From the NCBI RefSeq assembly GCF_009914755.1, contig NC_060927.1: DNA of 64,000 nt; one strand, written 5' to 3'. Made by a program: the position numbers and the translations under genes. A model generated the notes under the pieces. It did no database searches, had not been told where the DNA came from, and worked only from the letters and a program-made list of their open reading frames with translations. Positions 29,111 through 42,618 of this stretch are shown one piece after another (the first letter of the stretch is position 1; every line of letters begins with the position of its first letter). Origin of the DNA: the human T2T-CHM13v2.0 reference genome, Homo sapiens.

Positions 29111-29636
29111 TGGACCCTGTAATATCTATTGTTCTTCCAGGTACGAGACTAGATAATTAAGAGAGTCTTAGAAAGATTTTCAATATCAATGTTGATCAGA
29201 GAACTTCAGTGTCTGAAAGTCTTCTGTGTCCACTCTGATTGAAGAGTACAACAGCCTTGGACCCAGGCATCCTAGGTTAAAATCTAGTGCTGTGTCTGTA
29301 AGTTTTGCATGTATCATTAAGTTTTATATGCAATTCTAAGGATAATCTAACAGTGTGAGAGAAGACGGCTTTCATCATCCTTGTGTTCATAGTGGACAAT
29401 ATACCCTTCTAATATGGTGAATTAATATTTTTATAAATCTTCTAATCATCTTGGGAATAGCAAAATTATATTAAAAATTTGGTGTTAGATTTAAACATTT
29501 GTATATAATTCAGTTTTCATAGACTTGTTTGGGCAGGTCTTCATGTTTCAAAATTTTGGCAGACTCAAAAAAAGGAAACAGGCTGTGTCTCAAATTTTGA
29601 GAGGTTCTGCCTAAAATGCAGTTGCTATATATTTAT

Positions 29637-30076
<440 letters not shown>

Positions 30077-30628
30077 CTAGTAGCACTTCTACTTTTTTTT
30101 ACTTTAATCTTTGACTTGGCTTTCCCATTGAAGTAAATAAGATTGAATAATGAAAGTTATGCTTAGAGAGGGAGTTTCTCAGCTCTAAATCAAATTCTTC
30201 ATAACTAGGAGATAGCAAGTAAAGTGTTACTTTGAAATGATATAACAATTCTAAGAGAAAAATACAAGCTCATGAAAGAGACTTAAAGTTTCTAAATTAC
30301 CAAATCTCTCTTAAAAGTGGAAATAATGTGATGTAAGTGTAAATGAATCAATGACATTTGGACTTGATTTCACTTAAATTGCATGTGATTGCCCAGAAAT
30401 GAAATTTTGCCCAGAATAATATTTTGAATTTTTGTAATAACTTTTGGACTTATGCCTAAGAATTATGCACATATCTTTAGTGATCATATTTGAAGAATAG
30501 AGTTTACTTCCTGATGTTTTCAAAATTATAAATTTAAGGTCACTTTGAGCATAAACTTGTAAAGATTAACTTGGGAAAAATGTGTATACATTTACTCAAC
30601 TGGCAGATCAAACATAAATATTAGTTAA

Positions 30629-30940
<312 letters not shown>

Positions 30941-31764
30941 AAGGAAATTTCATCTTAAAAAGCACTGCCTGTTATCTGATTTAGCAGGTTATTTTTCACG
31001 AGTTAATTGTTATCTTTAAAATTAGCTTTCTTAAAACTAAGAGCTAATAATATATAGTTGTTATATGAAAATGTTTTTATTGGAAAGAAGAAAACCTGAT
31101 CACTTGGGTCTCTTCCTGTCTTCCACAAGATAACCATTATCAATAATTTGATTAACATTTTTTCTATACACTGAGATTCTGTAAATATATTTTTATTCAG
31201 ATTATTTTCACTTAACTTTTTAACCTAAACATTTTCCATGTTACTAAACATTTTTTGATGATAGTTGCTTTGTAGATGGCTATATAAAATTGTGTCCTGT
31301 AGTTGTATCATATTTTATTTTGGCAGTCTCTACTATTGAATTGTTTCCAATTTTATCATTTTATAAATATGGCTATGAAAAATATTGTGCACTGTAATAT
31401 TTTTGTATATAAAAACCTTCTCTGTATTTAGAAGACCCAGAAGAACATTTAAATTACTGGATCAAAGAATAAAATATTAATCAATTTCTTGATTCAAGCA
31501 ATCATTTTTTTCCCCAATTAATTACACTCCTATTAGCAGTGATTCTTAAATTAAAACAAGTCTTTATGACAGGCAAAATGCTTTATCTCATTATTTTAAT
31601 TTTTGTTTATAAATCTGAGATCTTAAAAATTTTTATTTGCAGGCACTCAGAAGGAATTAACTCTTATTTTTATATTTTCTCTCTTATATTTAAAAAAGTT
31701 CTCAAAGATAAAGAACGAAACTGAACTTTCTTGGTTAGGCTGTAGGGAAGAAGAGATCTATGAA

Positions 31765-32098
<334 letters not shown>

Positions 32099-32103
32099 TG
32101 AAT

Positions 32104-33010
32104 ATTTAATGTGTCTTCTTTTATTTAGATCTTCTTTAATTCCTTTCAATAATGTTTTGTAATTTTCAGAGAATATGTTTCATATTCCTTTTGTTACTAG
32201 TGTGCAGAAATACCATTGCTTTTTATATATTTGTCTTGCACATTCATAATGAAGTTCAACATGTACCTCTGTCTTCTGTATTTGCTGCAAATTGGTAGCA
32301 GGCTTAAATGTCTTGCAGCCTCAGGTTGTCAATTTGTTCAGACTGGAGGGTATTGTGTTCTTTCATCAGATCACCATACTATTTAGTTTTGTTCCTTTTT
32401 GTTAGCAGTTATTGATGCTCAGTGCCTTGACCCATTAACTTCAGTTGGGGTTGAAAATGGTGATATTCTAATTGTATTATGTCTTTTTTATTTTTTAGGT
32501 GTAATGATGTTATAAAGAGCCTTTTCCTCTCATCTACTAGGTTGCCCAGTGGTACAGTTCATGTGAAAAAGTCAGGATAGACTCTTGAGTCTTTACCTTT
32601 ATAAACAATTTTCAGTATAATGAATTGCTAGCTTAAAGATGACTACTTTGTTGGTTTACTTTTAAATACCATTATGAACCCATTGATTTAAACATTTTTC
32701 ATAGGCTTTGATCTGTTGCAATTCTTCACCATATTAAAGCTTAAGCTGTTTCATCTTTAATCAGTGTGAACCTCTTTAAGTTGGCTCCTGAGTCTTTTTG
32801 ACATAACCCTTGTAGTATTTAATATTTTCCTTACTGTCTAGTAAGACAAGGTGTTCTAGGCTCAACTAATACATTACTTGGATTGGAAACAGCCATTTTT
32901 CAAGAACTTATGGTTTTGAAATGATATTTCAAGATCACAGTTAAGATACCAGGGATGTTCATTTGTTCATGAGTTAGTTAAATCACTTTTAGACTTTTTA
33001 AGTTGACAAA
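32104..33010 (-). mobile_element. old L1M/L1MC fragments
   Basis: 'tttagatcttctttaattcctttcaataatgttttgtaattttcag', 'ctctttaagttggctcctgagtctttttgacata'. Confidence 0.6.
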
Positions 33011-36000
33011 GCTAGAAAGTTTTATGTGTGGGCACACACAGAGTTATATTTAAGGATTAAATACATTATACTTTTATAACAGCTTTTTTTTTCTTGAGAG
33101 CAGAACAGTTAACACTATTTATTTCCTATGATGAAGTTCTGTTGAGATCATCTGAGCATCCTCTGACCCCCTGTTTTTATTCATGCTCCTGAAAGTCCCA
33201 TATTAAGATTTTTCTTGGGTTCCCAACTAGCCTAAACTGAAAGTATAAAATCATAAAGATAGATGTTTGCAAGTTTTGCTATTTGTATAACAGCAAAACA
33301 ACATTTACTTAAATTAGAATTTAATTAAGACTACTACAAGTTAAGATTACGATTGTTTAAAGTCCAGATACTTTGAGATAAACTCACTTTATTACAGAAT
33401 ATTTACCTGTTTTGTTCAAAGGAATCCAGCTTTGTTTGTATCCTATAGGGTCCCTCTGATTTAGGGGTGTCTTACAAACAGCTATGCAACTTTGAAAACA
33501 CTACTTTATCAATGTACAATAATGTAACATACAAAGAAATTGGATAATTTGGGGGGCCACAGAGATTATTACTTTCTACCTAGTACATAGTTTTTGCTTT
33601 TGTAAGTAAAGCTCTTTTGGTGAAAGATAGTTTGGCTTAGGCCTATCTCAAAATCATGAGATATTTAACCTGGGTTTATTTTTCTGTTTTGGAGTTGTGT
33701 GTTTATTCAAAAGATGGTTTATGAAATAAAGCCATTTGTTTCCAATTGTGCAAGTCTTAATCCTGTAATTAATAACAGATTTTTTTTCAAAAAAGAAAAG
33801 AAACCATTCTCTTTTGCATTAAAACTTTTTGGGTAGCCTTTCAAATATTTTGGTGCCATTTAAATATTCTCTATTAAAACAAGTCACATTAAAAGGGCTT
33901 TTCTGCAGAATAACCATCCTTTCAACAAATCTATGGTTAAGATCCCACTCCCTCATTGTTTTCTCCTAAGGAATAGAATGTTGTTTATATCCTAAAAATT
34001 ACCATGAAATGGTGATATATGTACCTTAATTTCTGACACAACCTAGGTTATTCTGAATGATTTGCCGGAACTTCCAGGGATATTTTTTATATTAAAATAT
34101 ATACTTGTGGTGTTGCAGATAGGCAGGAATCTAAATGTATAGGGCATGCCCAACTGCATCAGACAAATCAGTTATGTTTTTCTCCTGTTTTTCTTTTCAA
34201 CCTCAGCAGTTAAAAAAATTATGGTAAAGATGTTTTTAAGAGAAAGTATGGCTAGTCAACAAAGTATACAGCCTGTAAATAGCAAGTTTGAAACTTCCAC
34301 TCTTAAAGTTCTTTTAATTCTTCTTAAACTTACTTGCTAATTTCAGTTTTTTCTACCTCTTAGGATTTCAAAGGACCCAATGCTTATGTGATTTGATGTA
34401 TAAGAACTGTTCTAAATGATTGTTCTTCATCTTTTCCTGGAGATATTTAAGTAGATCATTAATTCCTTAACTGTCAGCTCATTAAACAGTGGGTTATTAC
34501 TAGGCACATGTATGTAACCTTTGATTCTCGCCATTTTAAAACAGGATGAATTTTTTTTTAAAAATTGGTCTATGTGGCACTTATCTTCTTCAGGCCACAG
34601 TTTTTTCATCTGATCGATTAAACAAATGTAAGCCTGCTGTATTCATTTTGGAAGGGGGAGTTACATTTACCCAGGAACTTTAAGTTTTATCTTTCCAGGA
34701 CAAAAAATTATATTGGATTCCCTCTGTGATAGCTCTTTCTTTTCTGTCTCTAGGTTGAGAAGAAAAACCTGGCCCTTGTTCTTAGCCACTTTAATGAAGC
34801 ATCACTTGCCACAGAGAGGGGAAAATAGCAATTTGCATTCTGAGATAATTTAAGACTAACCTTTAACTATATGTGCATTAATGTATGGCTAAAAATATGT
34901 ATCAAGATTTTAAAATTATTAAAGGAAGCTTACAGATGATAAAGAAGATAAATATTTGAAAGAAAAATTAATCTTTGAATATATAGTCTGCTCTTAACAA
35001 GAAGCACTATGTGATTTTATTCTTTGATAGCAAAGATTGTTATAATTATTAAAACACTCTCACTCAAGAGCCCGTTTGTGTGTGTATGTGTTTGTGTGTG
35101 GGTGTGTGTGATTTTTTTCATGCTTTTGAATCCATTTCTAACGAAATTTGAAGTCTCAAAAGGCTAGAGTTTCTAATATTTATTACTTACTGCTGAGTTG
35201 GATTTTCAACCTAAGTCAAAATTACAACTGTTTCCTATAACTGTTTATTATCTTTAAAACTGTTAGAACTTATATACGGCCTCCTTTTGAGCAACAAATT
35301 CGCCTCCAAACCAGAATAATAAAAACTATCAATATGTTTTTTACCCCAAAAGACTACTAGACACCACCAATACTTTGCCCTTTCTCTTCATGAGGAGGGA
35401 TAAGAAAAATGATTGCATATGTATATATGATTGTGCCATAATTTTAATTAGCTTAACACTACTGTCAAAACTGTCCTGTTTGCCAAACTCAAGATAAAAG
35501 AAGCGCTGACAAATCAAAAAGGAAAGCTGATCTCTCTTACGGTAATTATATACAAAATGAATATATTTCAATAAATGTGTACTTTTGGACAAATGAATAG
35601 GAACAGTTAAGGTAATGCATAAAGACTGCCAGAATAACTAAGTTGATTTGAAACAGAGTTACTTTTTAAGTTTAAAATCGCTTGCCAATTGTGACAATCA
35701 TAACACACATTTTATAGGATAAATTAAAGGACCTTACAAACTCATCAGTAACTTCATCAATAATATATTCTTATTTTTAGAGTAATCATTTACTAAATTC
35801 TTAAAATATTTATTCATGTGAAACTTCAGTGCAGGACTTCACTGTTCCCCATTCTGATTTTGTTCATTATTGTAATAAAATCACCAAGAGTATTTTAGTC
35901 CTGTAAGTAAAAAGTGGTTCTGCTTTTCCTTCACACTTGCATAAAGTCCTCTGCTACAAGATTCAGAGTATTCTAGAAGAAATATCAAAAGAATGATGAC

Positions 36001-38566
36001 TTCAGTAAAGGATTTTACTGCATGCTCTTAACAATGGGTTCTGCATGGAATAGCCTAAGGTGCACATGCTTCCTCCTCCCGTGAGCAGACTGAGGATTTC
36101 TAACACTCTTGGTGCAAATACAGATGATGTTGTGAAATAATTCAAGATAAAATGAATAAGAAGTAATGACCTCAGTCTGAATGACACTGATGAGAAAATT
36201 AAGTTGTGGTTGATGTTTTAGTTTTTAATTGAAATATAACAACGCCCATCTTTCTTTCTTCTTGATCTATCGATGTTAACAGACTAAGTATACTTCTACA
36301 AACTGGAAAAACTCTTTAAATGTTATCTTTTTCAATTGACACGTTAGAATTCAAAGAAGTTTAAAAAAATCTAATATACAAAATAACTAATAAATCATCG
36401 GAAAAATTTAAGGAAGATGATTTTGCCAAACTAAAAAACACATTATTGTTGTGTTGACCAAACTGCTCAGAACAATAGTTAAACATTAGGCATAATGCCT
36501 CCAAAGTGTCCTGTTGCTTTTTATTACAATGTGGTTATTTACATAGTTTCAACATAAATCTTTCTTCTTTACAGGATATAATTGAACAAATCAAATTTAT
36601 AACCATGAGTGTTACAGAAATGCCACAGCTACAGATAAATTTTATTAAATCAAGCATGCTAAGTCCAATATTGAAGAACAGGGGATATTCTTCTTGAGGC
36701 TACTGTGTACTCCCTGGTGCCTGCTCTATGATTTATAGGTCCCAGACTTACCAGCTTGGAAAGAATATCACTTCTGGTAGGATAGGAACATTGACACTAT
36801 GGGAATCTTGAAAGAAGAAAAATATCTCTACATTTATAAGTACTTCAGGCAAAACTTAGTAGGAGTGTATTGGATGTTGTCTAAATACTAGCCTTGGAAT
36901 ACATATGTTTATAAGGGTAATGAAAGTCCTTCTGGCAAGAAGACTATGACCTCGGGAGCTTCACAGATCCTCCAGGGAGAAATAAAATACGAAATTCTAG
37001 TTTCCTATGGATTTAGTTTGTTAACCATATCAACCAGTACATTTTTAAATAAATAAAACCAACTAAATAAAGAAAACATCAAATTAGTGATACTGAATTA
37101 GAAAATAGCTAAACAAATTTGTGTGGTTAAATCTTCACTTTGGAGATGAAATGACCAGAAACAGACACTGAGTGGGCAAAATGGACACCTTGCCCTGCTG
37201 CCATTGTGGTTACACACCTCAGATAACAGTTGGGAAGAAAGATACTTTATATCCTCAGATAAACTTTAAAGAGCAAAACATCCCACAGAGCACTAATTCC
37301 TCAGTAGTGAAGCCTTGAGCCCTTTCTTAAGTTGCTACCTCTCTGACTTTTGAAATACTGATAACTAGAGATATATGATGACCTTTGACCCTTGCAGATA
37401 TAAAAATCAAGTGAATGAATTTTTATTTTCCAACCTTGAACAGACTAACTTTGGTAACATTTTTTGTTTCTTTATGGGTTTTTACTTTAAGTACCTTCTA
37501 TATATATATTTTTAAATAGACAGTTATTCTGAAACCTGGACATTTTTTGCAAAATATTGCAAGAGAAAAATATTTATTTTTGTAAAATGCTTCATGTGTC
37601 CTGTTTTTTTTTTTTTGTGTGGTTGTTGTTGTTGTTTTCCACAGAGGCCACATGATGTGTGGCACAGTGAGGGACTAGTATCATCTGCAGATGGAGCAGG
37701 AACCAAAAAAGTTCTGTCGGTTCAACTGAAATATTTTACTATGAGTTTGCTTTTGTTTAGTTTTACAAATCTGTCTTATACCTTCACAGTGGATCATTTA
37801 ACCCTTGCTTCTGAATTTTTCCATTGAATTTGTTTTAGTAAAATTACTTACCAAAAATAGACACTTGGTTAAAATAAGATCCCTAACAAATGGATCTTTA
37901 GATTCATTCCTTACTGTTCCCTTAAAAATATAAACACACTTTATGATCTTGCTGTGAAACCATTTTTTCTTAATACTGTAGTTTTCAATTTTCTAGTTTT
38001 CAAGTTTCTGTTTCTAAAATGGCTAGTTTTCTGGTTGGTTAAAACAAGTCAGAAGAATGAGATACGGCTGGTGATTTTCTCTTCTCTTATGTACATTAAA
38101 ATATTTGACAGCAATATTGGTACGCTTTGGTTTCAAAGTATGCCTGTCTTTTCATGAGAAGAAAAAATAATTTTGGGGACTATACTGCCTCTCAGTGGTT
38201 CGTTTAATATTTATTTCAATCACAAAATATTTTATGAGATGAAAAACCTAAAATTTTCAATAATAGATTTCTCAGTGTTTTTACTTCGATTAGCTCATAA
38301 GAAAAACAGTAATGTGAGTTATCTTGCAATATATGTTTGTCTATCTACCCCCATTGATTGGACACCAATAGCCATGATGTGTTACAAAGAGTTTCAAGGT
38401 CTACTTTCCCCAAAGAAGGAATGAATTAGTCTATATGCAAAGGAGGCATTGATGTATTCTGAAAGAGAAGGTGCCAAACCAGGCTGAGTAAAGGGCATAA
38501 TCAGCTTGGAAAAGTTCATTGTTATGAGTTATGAAAATTCATAAGTCCAGATATTACCAAGTGGCC

Positions 38567-38873
38567 TTTTTTTTTTTTTTTTTTTTTTTTGAGACGGAGC
38601 CTTTCTCTGCCACCCAGGCTGGAGAGCAGTGGTGTGATCTCGGCTCACTGCAACCTTCACCTCCTGTGTTCAAGCAATTCTCCTGCCCCAGCCTCCCAAG
38701 TAGCCCGGATCACAGGCATGCGCCACCACACCAAGTTAATTTTTTTTATTTTTAGTAGAGACAGGGTTTCACCACGTTGGTCAGGCTGGTCTGGAACTCC
38801 TGACCTCAGGTGATTGACCTGCCTCCGCCTCCCAGGGTGCTGGGATTACAGGCGTGAGCCACCTTGCCCGGCC
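38567..38873 (-). mobile_element. AluS
   Basis: full Alu; TSD accaagtggc. Confidence 0.93.
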
Positions 38874-40399
38874 ACCAAGTGGCTTTTTGATCTGTATTTT
38901 GGTATCCTAAGAATAAATCTTACAAATTAGAGAGTTTAAAGTTTACTTTAACCTCTCTACCTGTTAAGTTGGCTTAGTTCAACTTGTGTGTGTGTGTGTG
39001 TGTGTTTCTATAAACACGGGGCTATTCCAAGAACCTGCAGAAGGACAGAGTTGAGTACAATTTGGTTTCAATCATCAAAAAAATTATTATTCATTATAAC
39101 AAAAAAGGAATACTCCACTTTTGTCCCCTTGACATTACTCAGCATTTGTTGATGAATTGAATAATCAAAGCTGTCAACTATTTCTCCTTTTAGTAGTAGT
39201 ATCTTTATAATTTGCTGTAAGATGTTATGCCAAAAACAGTGATGAAAAGAGTGGAAAAACAGGTTTCTGAAATCTATGAGTTTGCTGTATATAGGGTGAG
39301 GACCCACAATTTGGTGTCTACAGTTTTTCAGAAATGCCTCAGTTTTTAAATTGATTTATAATATTAATAGGCATATTGATTTATGATCTTGTAGGCTAAT
39401 TTATTCAAGACTGTCAATGACTAGAAGTTTTAAAACAAACTAAACTGGAAGCTTGTAATAGTGTTGAATAGATAATCTTATTTAAGTTTTTACAATCTCA
39501 CTTTCATACAAGTTCTAGACTTTTCAAGAAATAGGAAGCTTTGAAGAAAAGGAGTAGGAAAGAGGAAATGCACTGATTATTTTAGCAGATATATTTCTTG
39601 GCACTAGGGATCAATATGTTAGGCATAAGTAAGTCTTGGCAGAGGCTGCCAGAGAGCAGATGTTAATACCTTGTCTACTAACCCAGAACATAGAGTATCA
39701 CTTGATGATAAGGCAAGGAAAATTCAGCGAAGGAACATCCTAATTTGACTGAGTGGTTACCCAAAAGATGATGAATTTTAAGCTGCCAGTAACTCAGTTT
39801 ACTCTGAATTAACAGGAATGAAACTTCCCCTCATGGGCACTTAAGACAAAATAAGGGCTATGTGAAGTTTCACTATAGCAAGCAAATAGACTTGCATTTT
39901 TCAAGATTTGCCTGTTGTGACAATAAATTTACATCTGCCATAAAATATTTGGAGTTTTAGAAGATGGATCAGCATATAGATAATCTCTGAAAACAAAAAA
40001 AGCTAGACAACATCATGCAGAAAGGTCTAAGCAGAAGAAGTGAGTAGGAGACAGAATTCCAGGGCTTCTAACATGTATAGTACAGAACTAAGAGAGTTAT
40101 ATGAACCTATATGAAGGGGGAGGAAGTGGGGAGGCGCATGGACCTTCTAAGGCATCAGCAATGCTTTCTCCTTTTATCCTGGGTGGTAAGTATGTAGTGT
40201 TTGCTTTATTATTAGTAGTATTATTTTTAAATGAGTACACATTTTACATAATCTTCTGAATGTTAATCATCTTTCATAATAAAATGAAAAAATGCCAAAA
40301 CAGTAGAAACATTAGGAAAAAATTAAGTTTTACAAAAAAATGTTTAAAACAAGGGTAGCAGCAACAGCTTATTGAGAAGGTAGATTGTCCTAAGAAGTC

Positions 40400-40768
40400 A
40401 GCTTTATTAAGGTGTAATTCACCTACAAGAAAATGCACCCATTTTAAGTTCTATGAATTTGGCAAATATACAAAGCAGTGTAACCACCACCACATTTAAC
40501 AGAACATTTCTATTACTTCAGACGGTTTCCTTGTGCCCCTGTCCAGCTAATCCTTACCCCTCTTCCCTGACCCTAGGCACCCACTGATCTGCTATTGTAC
40601 TGTAGGAATTATCTAGAATTTTATATAAATGGTGTCATGTTATATAAATGGTGTCATGCACTCTTTTGTATCTGACCTCTTTGGCACAACATAATCTTTT
40701 TGAGACCTATTCAGGTGGTTGTGTAGATTAGAGTTTCATTCCTTTTATTGTTAAAAAGTATCTCACTA
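40400..40768 (-). mobile_element. L1ME/MB 3' end
   Basis: 'gctttattaaggtgtaattcac...aaaatgcacccattttaag...gtaaccaccacc'; internal 19-bp tandem duplication. Confidence 0.75.
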
Positions 40769-40990
40769 TGTGGCAGCTATGGAAATGTACCACTCAGACC
40801 TCCTTAACAGAACCAGCTACAGCAGTTGCCCCTCTGCATCTACCACCATATTCTAGTTATGACTACACTTCTCTAGGAATGTTCCCAGCAGAGGACTAAG
40901 AATAGTGGAGGATTACTGTTGTCCCATTTCTGCAGAATGTAGGATTCCTTTAATGAGCATTTTTGGCTCAGAGAATCCCTATTTGTCACC
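40769..40990 (+). mobile_element. LTR33-like ERVL LTR fragment
   Basis: starts 'tgtggcagctatggaaatgtaccactcagacctcc'. Confidence 0.5.
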
Positions 40991-41054
40991 CTGAGAGAGA
41001 GAGAGAAAGGAAGGAGAAGGAAGGGAGGAAGGGAGAAAAGGAGGGAGGGAGGGA

Positions 41055-41779
41055 AAGTGTAGACCAGTTCTAGAGAAAACATTTTCAGACAATGGTACCA
41101 AAGTCAGAAGTCAGAATAATCGCCATGTTAGGGACTATAGAGATTAATAGAACAGCAAATTCATTTACTTTCCTGAAATTTTGTGGAAAGCTATATAGAG
41201 ATCAACCATCTTTATCAAATTTACCTGACTTCTTTAATGGAAGTATGGGGGTATCACAGGATTAGTGCCCTTTGTAATTATCCCTTATTGTTTTGATTCT
41301 TTCATAACTGGTTTTATCCATTTTATTTGAGCTCTAAGGCCAAGCAATGCATGGATCTGTTTCAGCTCAGTGTGTTTTTCCACTGTGGTCTGGGACTGGC
41401 CCCCTCTGCCATACCCTTTTTCTTTCAAAGGCATATAGTATGGAGCCCCACATACACTCTGTCTGGAGGTACAGAATATGGTAGTTTAAAAATTGCACAG
41501 CGGGTCTCTCCCCAGGGGATACAGGAAATCAGAAAAAAAGTAAGAAAATATGCTCTTCAGTTATATAGCCAATCTGTAGGGGAACCATACAGGAATAGGA
41601 ACAAGATGGATCCCAAATACCAACACCCTATCTTTATCACCAAATAGAAGCAAGAAATGCCCTAGGAAATTGCAGAATAAGTAACACCAGTTCCTACTTC
41701 CAAGATTCCCTAAGCCGGTTCATTTTAAGCCCTTTGACAATTATTTCCTAGTCTCCGGACTTTCATGCTTCCTGTATTC
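41055..41779 (-). pseudogene. ancient ERV protease and RT N-terminus remnant
   Basis: manual minus-strand translation: VGTGVTYSAI (41697 down), IGYITEEHIFLL, LGRDPLCNF*TTIFCT, CDTPILPLKKSGKFDKDG*SLYSFPQNFRKVNEFAVLLISIVPNMAIILTS (41258-41103). Confidence 0.8.
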
Positions 41780-41916
41780 CTACTGAGAGGTGACGTGAAA
41801 AGGAGTCAGAGAGAAAGAAGGACAGACACAGAAAGTCAAAGAGAAAGTTAAAAAGAGAGGAAGAGACAAAGGAGAAGTCAAAGAGAAAGAGAGATGGAAG
41901 TAGTAAAGAAAAAACA

Positions 41917-42450
41917 GTGTACCCTATTCCTTTAAAAGCCAGGGTAAATGTCTATCTACCCAGCCAAGGCATATTCTACTTATGTGGATCTTCACCCCAT
42001 ATCTGCCTCTCAGACAGTTTGCAAGAAATAACGAAATCTAACCTTACTTTACAATCCCAAATAGACTCTTTGGCAGCAGTGACTCTCCAAAACCACCGAG
42101 GCCTAGACCTCCTCACTGCTGAGAAAGGAGGACTCTGCACCTTCTTAGGGGAAGAGTGTTATTTTTACACTAACCAGTCAGGGATAGTACAAGATGCCGC
42201 CCGGCATTTACAGGAAAAGGCTTCTGAAATCAAACAACGCCTTTCAAATTCTTATACCAACCTCTGGAGTTGGGCAACATGGCTTCTCCCCTTTCTAGGT
42301 CCTGTGGCAGCCATCTTGCTGTTACTCGCCTTTGGGCCCTGTATTTTTAACCTTCTTGTCAAATTTGTTTCCTCTAGAATCAAGGCCATCAAGCTACAGA
42401 TGGTCTTACAAATGGAAACCCAAATGAGTTCAACTAACAACTTCTACTGA
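41917..42450 (+). pseudogene. env: HERV9 env TM remnant ORF (177 codons, GTG start)
   Basis: LQNHRGLDLLTAEKGGLC immunosuppressive domain, CX6C(Y), hydrophobic anchor WLLPFLGPVAAILLLLAFGPC. Confidence 0.9.
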
Positions 42451-42618
42451 GGGCCCCTGGACCGACCCGCTGGCACTTCCCCTGGCCTAGAGAGCTCCCC
42501 TCTGAAAGACACTAAAACTGCAGGGCCCCTTCTTCGCCCCTATCCAGCAAGAAGTAGCTAGAGCAGTCATCAGCCAAATTCCCAACAGCAGTTGGGGTGT
42601 CCTGTTTAGAGGGGGGAT

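Noticed and set aside
35990-36100. Possible C/D box snoRNA (atgatga ... ctga)
   Set aside because: No convincing terminal stem or recognisable guide; such motifs are frequent by chance.
36575-36697. Putative terminal coding exon DIIEQIKFITMSV...
   Set aside because: No recognisable homology or upstream coding exons; kept only as part of the repeat-poor island finding.
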